From Simkaniaceae bacterium (GTDB lineage Bacteria > Chlamydiota > Chlamydiia > Chlamydiales > JACRBE01): a stretch of 64,000 nt of DNA. The notes under the pieces were generated by a model. That model was not told the origin of the DNA. It ran no database searches and saw nothing but the letters and a program-made list of their open reading frames with translations. A program made the position numbers and the translations under genes. Within the stretch, counting starts at the first letter, position 1. Every line of letters starts with the position of its first letter. This document shows, one piece after another, positions 19,565 through 27,719 of this stretch. The stretch is taken from NCBI GenBank assembly GCA_022763045.1, contig JALEGI010000003.1, positions 12,289 to 76,288 of the forward strand, written 5' to 3'.

Positions 19565-20473
19565 ATGAAATTAGAAGATGCTGAGAAAATCCTCAAAAAT
19601 AAGGGCATTATTGCCCTGCCGACAGAGACTGTCTATGGTCTAGCAGCTCTCGCTAGCTGCAATAAAGCAATTGAAAAAGTTTTTTCAATAAAAAACCGCC
19701 CTAAAAACAATCCTATGATTGTCCATGTCGCTAACTTAAATCAAGTCAAAAGTTTAATTACAAACCTCCCTCCCCAAGCTGAAAAACTCATAGAAGCGCA
19801 CTGGCCAGGACCGCTTACGCTCATATTACCGGCAAATCTAAGCGCAAGCTCAGATCTAGTCAGAGCAGGTCAACCAACTCTTGCCATCCGCATGCCAAAC
19901 CACCCACTTACGCGAAAGCTTATTGAAATGACAGGCCCCATTGTTGCCCCCTCTGCTAATATCTCTGGCCGCCCCTCCTCAACACAAGCCTCCCACGTTA
20001 CACTCGACTTCGGTGAAGATTTCCCTATCTTAGATGGAGGCGCTTGCCAAGGAGGGGTTGAATCGACAATTTTAACCTTTGATGGAGAGTGGAAAATTGC
20101 ACGTCTCGGATCACTCAGCGCGGATGAACTGGCTAAAACTTTAGGCTATAAACCCACGCTAGCTGGTAAAACAGCCTGCCCAGGCAATCTACACAAACAC
20201 TACAGCCCAAGCGCAAAAATTCACCTCGCAAAGTGCCCGCAAAACCACCCTGCAATTCTTGGCTTTACAGAGAGAAAATACACATGCGAAAGGCTCTTGC
20301 ACCTCGGTTCAATAAAAAATCCAAATGAGCTTGCATTTAATCTCTACGAGAAGCTAAGAGAAATTGATAGGGCCACAATAGAAGAGATTTGGATCGACGT
20401 CGACTTTCCAACTCATGGTCTCTACCAAACAATTCATGAACGTCTAAGCAAAGCAGCCGCTAAGGAGAGATGA
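19565..20473 (+). CDS. sua5: L-threonylcarbamoyladenylate synthase (Sua5 type)
   Basis: PTETVYGL, KNRPKNNPMIVH, APSANISG, linker PG...HYSP. Confidence 0.93.
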   Translation: MKLEDAEKILKNKGIIALPTETVYGLAALASCNKAIEKVFSIKNRPKNNPMIVHVANLNQVKSLITNLPPQAEKLIEAHWPGPLTLILPANLSASSDLVRAGQPTLAIRMPNHPLTRKLIEMTGPIVAPSANISGRPSSTQASHVTLDFGEDFPILDGGACQGGVESTILTFDGEWKIARLGSLSADELAKTLGYKPTLAGKTACPGNLHKHYSPSAKIHLAKCPQNHPAILGFTERKYTCERLLHLGSIKNPNELAFNLYEKLREIDRATIEEIWIDVDFPTHGLYQTIHERLSKAAAKER

Positions 20474-20901
20474 TGACGCGAGCCAAAAAGGGTGACACTG
20501 TTCAAGTGCACTACACAGGAAAAATAGCCACCGGAGAAGTTTTTGATTCGTCTCTTGAGAGGGAACCTCTAGAGTTTTGCATTGGCGAGAGAAAACTCAT
20601 CCCAGGTTTTGAAGAGGCGCTCGTTGGCATGCAGCTTGGTGAGAGCAAAACAATTACTATTGCGAGCCACAAGGCCTACGGAGATCACGATGAAACGCTT
20701 GTTTCTAGTGTTGACCGAAACCTTTTGCCTAAAGAGCTACCGCTAGAAGAGGGAACAAAACTCCAGATAGGTGATGAAAACGAAATCCCTACAATCGTTA
20801 CAGTGACAAAGATCAATGAAGAGCAGGTGACGTTAGATGCAAACCACCCTCTTGCGGGAAAAGATTTGACCTTTGATATTAAGCTTATCAGCTTTACATA
20901 G
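20470..20901 (+). CDS. FKBP-type peptidyl-prolyl isomerase (SlyD/SlpA-like, no His tail)
   Basis: VHYTG, FDSS, IPGFEEAL, DANHPLAGKDLTF. Confidence 0.93.
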   Translation: MMTRAKKGDTVQVHYTGKIATGEVFDSSLEREPLEFCIGERKLIPGFEEALVGMQLGESKTITIASHKAYGDHDETLVSSVDRNLLPKELPLEEGTKLQIGDENEIPTIVTVTKINEEQVTLDANHPLAGKDLTFDIKLISFT

Positions 20902-20910
20902 TTTCGTAGC

Positions 20911-20978
20911 GCCCAAGCGGAGCTTTTTTAGCTCGCCCTTTTAGCTTGTAAAGCGGCTTTACAAGCTAAAATTTGGGC
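20911..20978. repeat. Branched palindromic element including a 33-bp perfect palindrome
   Basis: gcccaa/ttgggc closing stem; gagct/agctc hairpin; ttttagcttgtaaagc-g-gctttacaagctaaaa at 20939-20971. Confidence 0.75.
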
Positions 20979-20994
20979 CAAATGCATATGCCCC

Positions 20995-21023
20995 TTGCCT
21001 ATAATCGAATATTTCTTTACTTT
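20995..21023 (+). promoter_or_regulatory. Putative promoter of TMEM14 gene (leaderless-type)
   Basis: TTGCCT-N17-TACTTT, 7 nt before ATG 21031. Confidence 0.45.
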
Positions 21024-21030
21024 TGTGGGC

Positions 21031-21363
21031 ATGAAACGTAGCTACATCACACTCATTATTTACACTTTGCTCCTCATCTCAGGTGGCATCGTTGGCTTTG
21101 TAAAAGCTGGATCTATTCCCTCTCTTGCAGCAGGTTGCGGCTTTGGCGCCATTTTATCTTTACTTACCTACCAGGTAATCAAGGGTAAGGTGTGGGCAAA
21201 TTATGGTGCCTTCTTTGTCATCCTCTTTCTAGATGGCTTTTTCTGGTGGCGCTACTATAAAACAGAAGCCTTCATGCCAGCAGGTCTGATGCTTTTGATT
21301 AGCTCTGTTGTCCTTTTCATCCTCTACACAGACCTAAAAAAGCAGCTCACAAACGTCTCGTAA
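21031..21363 (+). CDS. TMEM14 family small membrane protein
   Basis: GGIVGFVKAGSIPSLAAG and FMPAGL signatures; start placed at ATG 21031. Confidence 0.88.
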   Translation: MKRSYITLIIYTLLLISGGIVGFVKAGSIPSLAAGCGFGAILSLLTYQVIKGKVWANYGAFFVILFLDGFFWWRYYKTEAFMPAGLMLLISSVVLFILYTDLKKQLTNVS

Positions 21364-21364
21364 T

Positions 21365-21931
21365 ATGCTCATCGTTGCTCTGCTCTCATTTATCTTCTTC
21401 GATACCCTTGCAATCGAATGGGTTAGCTCAACAATATTCTTTAAACATGACATATTTTGGTGGATTAACCATGTGATTGAACTCAAAACGCAGTGTTTTA
21501 TATGGGCAGTATACTTTTGTGTAACAAAGCAAAATAAAGGGCGCACAGCGGCTTTAAATGTGCTCTGTAGTGCTTTCGCATCAATTATCGTTATCTACGC
21601 TCTGAAATTCACTGCCGGTCGAGCCCGACCCGAGCTTTTACTACAATCTGATCTCTTTGGATTTTTCTTCTTCAAACTGCAAAACGCCTACTTCTCTTTC
21701 CCCTCATCACACTCTGCATCTATTGCACTGACTGCATGTGGCTTAGGCTGTTTATTCCAGAAGTGGAAATGGCCCCTACTGGGAGCTGCTTTCATACTGG
21801 GTTTTTCACGGATGATGAGTGGTCATCACTTTCCAAGCGACTTAATTGTTGGATTTTACGTTGCGATTAAGCTTCACGCGATGAAACTATGGGATAGAGC
21901 CTTTACTATATACAAAAGGAGCTCCATATAG
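21365..21931 (+). CDS. PAP2 family phosphatase
   Basis: K...GRARP, SFPSSH, SR...HHFPSD motifs. Confidence 0.88.
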   Translation: MLIVALLSFIFFDTLAIEWVSSTIFFKHDIFWWINHVIELKTQCFIWAVYFCVTKQNKGRTAALNVLCSAFASIIVIYALKFTAGRARPELLLQSDLFGFFFFKLQNAYFSFPSSHSASIALTACGLGCLFQKWKWPLLGAAFILGFSRMMSGHHFPSDLIVGFYVAIKLHAMKLWDRAFTIYKRSSI

Positions 21932-21943
21932 GAGCTCCTTTTT
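21914..21943. terminator. Bidirectional intrinsic terminator between PAP2 gene and hctB
   Basis: aaaaggagctcc-atata-ggagctcctttt(t): perfect hairpin with A and T tracts. Confidence 0.85.
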
Positions 21944-21971
21944 AGGTGTAGGTGCTATAAACTACTAGAGC

Positions 21972-22556
21972 TTATTTTTTTGCAGTCTTACGTCTGCGAA
22001 CAACTCGACGAGTTGTTTTTTTAGCAGCTGGCTTTCTTTTAGCAGCTACTTTTCTCTTAGTAGTTGTTTTTCTGCGAGTTGTTTTGCGAGCAGTTGTTTT
22101 TTTAGCAGCTGGTTTGCGCTTAGCAGTAGTCTTTCTTTTTGCAGTAGTTTTGCGCTTAGCTGTTGTTTTTTTAGCAGCTGGCTTTCTTTTCGCAGTAGTT
22201 TTACGCTTAGCTGTTGTCTTTTTAGCAGCTGTTTTGCGTTTTACTGTTTTGCGCTTAGTAGTTGCTTTCTTAGCAGCTGGCTTACGCTTAGCTGTTGTCT
22301 TTTTAGCAGCTGTTTTGCGTTTTACTGTTTTGCGCTTAGCTGTTGCTTTCTTAGCAGCTGGCTTACGCTTAGCAGTAGTTTTACGCTTAGTAGTTGCTTT
22401 CTTAGCAGCTGGCTTGCGCTTCGCTGTTGTTTTTTTAGCAGCTGTTTTTCTGCGAGTAGTTGTCTTTCTCTTCGCAGTAGTCTTTCTAGCAGCTGGCTTC
22501 TTAGTTGTCTTGCGAGCTGTAGTCTTCTTAGCAGCTCTTCTTCTTTTGACAGCCAT
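21972..22556 (-). CDS. hctB: Histone H1-like nucleoid protein Hc2
   Basis: K/R/A/T-rich repeats (KKTTAKRKPAA); SD AAGGAG upstream; chlamydial context. Confidence 0.85.
   Translation of the reverse strand: MAVKRRRAAKKTTARKTTKKPAARKTTAKRKTTTRRKTAAKKTTAKRKPAAKKATTKRKTTAKRKPAAKKATAKRKTVKRKTAAKKTTAKRKPAAKKATTKRKTVKRKTAAKKTTAKRKTTAKRKPAAKKTTAKRKTTAKRKTTAKRKPAAKKTTARKTTRRKTTTKRKVAAKRKPAAKKTTRRVVRRRKTAKK
22201..22362 (-). repeat. 81-bp tandem duplication inside hctB
   Basis: 22201-22281 and 22282-22362 differ at 2 positions. Confidence 0.85.
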
Positions 22557-22959
22557 GACGACTCCTTATTGCTTTTTTTTGGTTTTAGGAACTTTTTTTT
22601 AGAAGGCTGTGTAAACTTGATACAACAAACCTTCCCTTTTCCTAACTCTAGATATAATTAATTTATTTTAATTTTTGAATACTTTTTTTTAATTTAATTA
22701 TCGTAGTTAAAACAAATTAAACAATAAATCGCCTTGAGAATACGTTCTGAGAGCATTTACAATTTTCGATAAAATTTAAAAAATTTGTTTTTAGTTAATT
22801 AAATAAAACTCACTTTTTTAAAACAAAGACCTTATCCCACTAGACTACAACGAGTTGCGTTATATTTTTAGCTTTTTTACAACCTATTTTACTGAGTCAG
22901 AGCCGGTTAGAGGCATAAAAGTCATACCAAAAATTGAAGATTTTTGCTACATTTTGCGT

Positions 22960-23250
22960 ATGTTTAGAAAAATTCTGACACTTTTGACCACTTTGCTACT
23001 AACTGGAGGATTTGCCGAGATGACTGAACTCAAACTTTACATGCGAAAAACTTGCCCTTTTTGCCAAAAGGTCGCTACCTATCTGAAAGAAAAAGGGCGG
23101 AAAATCGAGATGGTTGACATTGGCGAAGATGATACTGCTCGCGAAGAGTTAATCAAAAATGGTGGAAAACGCCAAGTACCATGCCTCTTCATTGATGGTA
23201 AACCAATGTACGAATCAAACGACATTATCCAGTGGCTTGATAAAAATTAA
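22960..23250 (+). CDS. Glutaredoxin (CPFC) with possible N-terminal signal peptide
   Basis: TCPFC, GGKRQVPCLFIDG, YESNDII; alternative start ATG 23020 with GGAGG. Confidence 0.85.
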   Translation: MFRKILTLLTTLLLTGGFAEMTELKLYMRKTCPFCQKVATYLKEKGRKIEMVDIGEDDTAREELIKNGGKRQVPCLFIDGKPMYESNDIIQWLDKN

Positions 23251-23314
23251 TTGCTTTATTTTTATTTTGGAATCGCGTAACAATGGGGTTTTGCTATCTT
23301 AACGGAAAGGCTCC

Positions 23315-24745
23315 ATGGAGATTGAACAAGGTAATAACAAACGCGTAATTTCTCTCTTTGTCTTAACGATGCTGAACGTGTCGATTATGGCAAGTTTACG
23401 CAACCTCCCACTAGTCGCTGAATTTGGCTACAGTTCAATTTTCTTTTTCTTTTTAGCGGGTCTTCTTTTCTTGATTCCTTGCGCTCTAGTTTCGGCTGAG
23501 CTTGCAACAGGCTGGCCTCATTCTGGTGGTATTTACATTTGGGTGCGTGAAGCTTTTGGTGACCGTTGGGGCTTTTTTGCTATCTGGATGCAATGGGTTC
23601 ATAACGTCACTTGGTATCCCGCAATTCTCTCCTTTGTTGCGACAACTTTGACCTATGTTATTTTTGGTCATGAGGTCGTTAATCGCCTCTATACGTTTCT
23701 TGTAATCATTATCTGTTTCTGGGGAATGACGTTAATGAACTACCTGGGAATTCGCGTCTCTACACTCTTTTCAACGATAGGTGTAATCGGCGGCACCATT
23801 GTCCCTGGCATCTTTATCATCTACCTCGGTGTCCAATGGCTCGCTACAGGACAACCTGCACAAATTCAATTTTCCTGGAATGCTCTCGTTCCTGAATTTA
23901 ATAGCCTTCAAAACCTTGTATTTCTTGGAGGACTCTTTTTAGCATTTGCAGGTTTGGAGGTTTCAGCAGGTTATGCAGGTGAAGTTAAAGAGCCGCAAAA
24001 AAACTACCCTAGATCGATCATCTTTGGCGCTCTTATCACCTTTCTTCTTTTCATGCTTGGCTCTCTTGCAATTGCATTTGTTATTCCAAAATCCAACATC
24101 TCTCTTGTTGCTGGTTTGATGGAGGCCTTCCAGATATTTTTAATACGCTATAACCTGACACCCCTACTTCCAATTCTTGGCATTCTTCTAATTATTGGAG
24201 CTATTGCGGAAGTCAACTCTTGGATTATTGGACCAGTAAAGGCGCTATTTGAAACGGCCGAACATGGAGATCTACACCCGCTTTTCCAAAGACAAAACAA
24301 ACACGGAATGCCTACAAATCTACTACTTTTCCAGGCAATTATAGTAACGCTGGTTGCCTGCGTCTTTCTCGTTATGCCAGATTTAAGCATCTCCTACTGG
24401 ATCCTATCGGCTCTAAGCATTCAAATCTATTTAGCGATGTATCTATTTATGTTTGCAGCCGCAATTCGTCTGCGCTACACACACTCTCACGTCGAGCGCG
24501 CCTATAGCATTCCCCACCCACATAAGGGCATGTGGGTAGTTGCCTGCGTCGGGATTTTAGCCTCTCTTTTTGCCTTCCTTCTCGTGTACGTACCACCTGC
24601 GGGCTTTGAAATTGGAAGTCTTCTCTTTTACGAGCTCTTCTTAATCATCGGCTTTGTTGTAATGGCAGCGATACCAATCATTCTACACGCATTTAAAAAG
24701 CCTGAGTGGGACCCAACTCATGAGGGGCACTTTACAAACAAATAG
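23315..24745 (+). CDS. gadC: APC-family amino acid antiporter, GadC-like
   Basis: SLRNLP, IPCALVSAELATGWP, GGIYIWVREAFG, AGLEVSA, SWIIGP, LRYT; substrate inferred from gadB elsewhere in window. Confidence 0.75.
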   Translation: MEIEQGNNKRVISLFVLTMLNVSIMASLRNLPLVAEFGYSSIFFFFLAGLLFLIPCALVSAELATGWPHSGGIYIWVREAFGDRWGFFAIWMQWVHNVTWYPAILSFVATTLTYVIFGHEVVNRLYTFLVIIICFWGMTLMNYLGIRVSTLFSTIGVIGGTIVPGIFIIYLGVQWLATGQPAQIQFSWNALVPEFNSLQNLVFLGGLFLAFAGLEVSAGYAGEVKEPQKNYPRSIIFGALITFLLFMLGSLAIAFVIPKSNISLVAGLMEAFQIFLIRYNLTPLLPILGILLIIGAIAEVNSWIIGPVKALFETAEHGDLHPLFQRQNKHGMPTNLLLFQAIIVTLVACVFLVMPDLSISYWILSALSIQIYLAMYLFMFAAAIRLRYTHSHVERAYSIPHPHKGMWVVACVGILASLFAFLLVYVPPAGFEIGSLLFYELFLIIGFVVMAAIPIILHAFKKPEWDPTHEGHFTNK

Positions 24746-24766
24746 GGCTATGTACATAATATATGT

Positions 24767-26020
24767 ATGTCAGTCCCCCTCCCAGAGAAACTCAGACCTA
24801 AGACCTTTTCAGATGTGATCGGTCAACAGCATCTTCTTGGTGAAAACGGACTTCTGACTAAGGTCGCAGATAAAAAATACCCCATCTCTATTCTCCTGTG
24901 GGGACCCCCTGGATGCGGTAAAACGACAATTGCCCGCCTTTATGCTAAAGCTTTCGACTCCGAATTTATTTCATTTAGCGCTGTATTCAATTCAATCACA
25001 GATTTAAAGAAAATCATCAAAGAGTTTAAAGAGCGCCCCCTATTTAAAAAGAAACTCATTGTCTTCGTCGATGAAATCCACAGATTCAACAAAGCGCAAC
25101 AAGACGCCTTTCTTCCCTACTTGGAAGATGGAACGCTCCTATTAATAGGTGCGACAACTGAAAATCCCTCTTTTGCCTTAAATAATGCCCTTCTTTCAAG
25201 GTTGCGCGTCTTCGAATTACGCCATTTAGATAAAAGCTCTCTTAAAGTTATACTCGACAGATTCCAAACGAATTACGGCATAGAAATTGAACTTTCAGCT
25301 CAAGAGGCGCTTATTGAGCAATCATCTGGCGACGCTAGGCACCTATTAAACTTATTAGAAAATGTCTTAGAATTTTCTAAAGGAAAAAAGGTCGATCTAG
25401 AGGAGTTAAAGGGGCTGCTACAAAAGAGACTACCTCTTTACGACCGCGCAAGTGAAGAGCACTACAACCTTATCTCTGCTCTACATAAATCTGTAAGGGG
25501 CTCAGATCCCGACGCCGCGCTCTACTGGCTTGTTCGAATGCTTAAAGCGGGTGAAGATCCACGCTTTCTTGCAAGGCGATTAATTCGTATGGCATCAGAA
25601 GACGTTGGTATGGCAGATCCACAAGCTCTTGTGATCTGTAACAATGCAGCAATCACCTATGAGCGCCTTGGCTCTCCTGAGGGCGAGCTCGCACTTGCAG
25701 AGGCCACAATCTACCTAGCTTTAGCTCCCAAAAGCAACGCCACCTATCTTGCTTATAAAAAAGCAGTTGCAAAAGTTGAAGATTCAGGACACCTCTCACC
25801 TCCCAAGACAATTTTAAATGCGCCGACTAAGTTGATGAAAGAGAGCGGCTACGGCGAGGGCTACCTCTATGACCACGACCAGCCTAATGGATTTTCTGGA
25901 CAGAACTATTTTCCAGACGAGTTTAGCTCAAGACCTAAATTTTATACCCCTGTTAGTAGGGGGTTTGAAAGAGAAATGGAAAAAAGAATTAGTTATTTTG
26001 ATAAATTAAGAAATAAATGA
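24767..26020 (+). CDS. rarA: Replication-associated recombination protein A
   Basis: WGPPGCGKTT, DEIHRFNKAQQD, GATTENP, SALHKSVRGSD, SEDVGMAD, APKSN. Confidence 0.96.
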   Translation: MSVPLPEKLRPKTFSDVIGQQHLLGENGLLTKVADKKYPISILLWGPPGCGKTTIARLYAKAFDSEFISFSAVFNSITDLKKIIKEFKERPLFKKKLIVFVDEIHRFNKAQQDAFLPYLEDGTLLLIGATTENPSFALNNALLSRLRVFELRHLDKSSLKVILDRFQTNYGIEIELSAQEALIEQSSGDARHLLNLLENVLEFSKGKKVDLEELKGLLQKRLPLYDRASEEHYNLISALHKSVRGSDPDAALYWLVRMLKAGEDPRFLARRLIRMASEDVGMADPQALVICNNAAITYERLGSPEGELALAEATIYLALAPKSNATYLAYKKAVAKVEDSGHLSPPKTILNAPTKLMKESGYGEGYLYDHDQPNGFSGQNYFPDEFSSRPKFYTPVSRGFEREMEKRISYFDKLRNK

Positions 26021-26026
26021 TATAAA
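25998..26026 (+). promoter_or_regulatory. Putative promoter of structured RNA
   Basis: TTGATA-N17-TATAAA with TG extended -10. Confidence 0.45.
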
Positions 26027-26029
26027 TAA

Positions 26030-26172
26030 GTCAAAGGGGAAGTTTATTTTATCTCGTGTAAAATAACCCTCGGCACAGCTGCCTCTTGGTGAGGCGACAC
26101 GTCCCTTGTGGACATGCTTTTCGCCGGGTCCTCTTCCCTTTTGACACCTCTTCTAAAGAGGTGTTTTTTTTT
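26030..26172 (+). ncRNA. Candidate structured ncRNA or leader (family unassigned)
   Basis: 13-bp closing helix 26030-42/26133-45, three internal hairpins, upstream promoter and downstream terminator. Confidence 0.5.
26144..26172 (+). terminator. Intrinsic terminator
   Basis: acacctctt-cta-aagaggtgt followed by T8. Confidence 0.85.
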
Positions 26173-26180
26173 GGAGTAAT

Positions 26181-27323
26181 ATGAGCGATTTAGAAAGCTA
26201 CACAATTGATATTCGAAGAAAATTACACGAAATTCCAGAATTAAGCTGGGAAGAGGAGAAGACGCTAGAACTCATCCATTCAGAGATCGAAAAAATCCTG
26301 TCCCAATCCCCTTTCGACCATTCGATTGAGGTGAAAAAAGGGGGAATTGTCGTTGATATCAATATCGATCCAAAACTTCCAAGAAGGCTTCTACGTGCAG
26401 ATTGTGACGCCCTTCCAATCGAAGAGAAAACACATCTTCCCTACAGCTCAAAAAACCCTGGAGTGATGCACGCCTGTGGCCACGACTGTCACAGTGCAAT
26501 GCTCCTTGGCGCACTTAAGGGACTCTCAAAACCTAAGTATAACCTGAGGTTTGTCTGGCAAAGGGCCGAAGAGCAGTGCTTCCCGATGTCTGGGGGCTGC
26601 ACACTTGTTAAAAAGGAAAACCTTCTTGACGGAGTTGATGAAGTCTATGGCCTGCACATCATCTCAAATTACCAAAAGGGAACGTTTTATAGCGCCCCTA
26701 CCAAGCTCATGGCAAATTCAGGTTTTTTTGAGATGCGAATAGAAACTGCCGGCGGACATGTGATGAATCCACATATTGAAGCTAATGCTATCGATGTGAG
26801 TGTCGATATTCACACTGCACTTCGTGGACTTCCTGTAAGAGTCCTAGGCCCTATTGAGCAGGTTTCATTCGTCCCTACGATTTCCAAGGCCGGTCAAACA
26901 GCTAACATTAGACCAAGCTCAGTTGACTTGTGCTACTCCTTTCGCAACTTTAGCGATCACGACAACCGTAAAAAGTTTGTTCATGCTTTACAAGAGCGTG
27001 TGGAAAATATTATCAATGGTTATTCCAACGCAAAACTGACTAAGTTTGAGTTTATTGAGGGCTACCCTCCCGTCATCAATGACCCTGAAAGCTATGAAAA
27101 AGTGAATGAGGCGCTACTAAAAGCTGGTTATAAGACTGAGCTTCAATCCCCTCTATTTTGTGGCGAAGATTTTGCCTATTACCTTGAAAAGAGACCTGGA
27201 GCTTTTTGGCTTTTAGGAGCAAAACAGGGAGAGGGATGGGACCACCACACTCCCCTCTTTAACCCTGATGAATCGGCTATGATTCACGGAGTAAACTACT
27301 GGCTCTCTCTCTCATCAGATTGA
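26181..27323 (+). CDS. M20D family amidohydrolase
   Basis: RRKLHEIPELS, LRADCDALPI, MHACGHD, QRAEE, GEDFAYY, HHTP. Confidence 0.93.
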   Translation: MSDLESYTIDIRRKLHEIPELSWEEEKTLELIHSEIEKILSQSPFDHSIEVKKGGIVVDINIDPKLPRRLLRADCDALPIEEKTHLPYSSKNPGVMHACGHDCHSAMLLGALKGLSKPKYNLRFVWQRAEEQCFPMSGGCTLVKKENLLDGVDEVYGLHIISNYQKGTFYSAPTKLMANSGFFEMRIETAGGHVMNPHIEANAIDVSVDIHTALRGLPVRVLGPIEQVSFVPTISKAGQTANIRPSSVDLCYSFRNFSDHDNRKKFVHALQERVENIINGYSNAKLTKFEFIEGYPPVINDPESYEKVNEALLKAGYKTELQSPLFCGEDFAYYLEKRPGAFWLLGAKQGEGWDHHTPLFNPDESAMIHGVNYWLSLSSD

Positions 27324-27583
27324 AACTGCAGGGGAAATCTCTCTTGGTGATCTAGGTTGAGCTCCTCATTAAAGTTTTTCACCATCCAGTTGAACTTATC
27401 CAAAAAGACCTCTAAATCTGGAGCTTCTTTGTAGTGATTCACCTGGTGGTTGAACCACTTGAGCTGATCTTGCAACTTTTCTTTCACAGAAGGTGCCACA
27501 TCTGATTGGTAGAGATAGGAATGCATGTCGTTTCTTTCTTTATCGATTTCAACAAATAAACTTTCCCTATTATTATGTTCCAT
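27296..27583 (-). CDS. Hypothetical protein, about 95 aa, helical
   Basis: ORF with GGAGG SD before ATG 27583. Confidence 0.65.
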   Translation of the reverse strand: MEHNNRESLFVEIDKERNDMHSYLYQSDVAPSVKEKLQDQLKWFNHQVNHYKEAPDLEVFLDKFNWMVKNFNEELNLDHQERFPLQFQSDERESQ

Positions 27584-27719
27584 AAATTCCTCCAAATCTA
27601 TAAATGTTGTAATATCAAAATATAAAAATTACAATCAATACAAACTAACAAAAAAATTCTTGCCATCAACTCCTGGGTTCAAGTAGTATCTGGAAAAATT
27701 TTCTATAACCGGTTGATTA

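Noticed and set aside
22084-22602. 172-aa hydrophobic repetitive ORF on + strand
   Set aside because: Antisense shadow of the K/T/A/R codons of hctB; the minus frame has the SD and a known family
22557-22860. Sigma28 promoter expected for hctB
   Set aside because: No TAAA-N15-CCGATA-like pair with correct spacing could be found on the minus strand
26078-26128. Resemblance of gcctcttggtgaggcg to the tRNA-Sec D arm
   Set aside because: No TCA anticodon loop, T arm or CCA end
26141-26170. TTGACA as -35 box for the amidohydrolase
   Set aside because: The -10 position falls in the poly-T tract; no TANNNT
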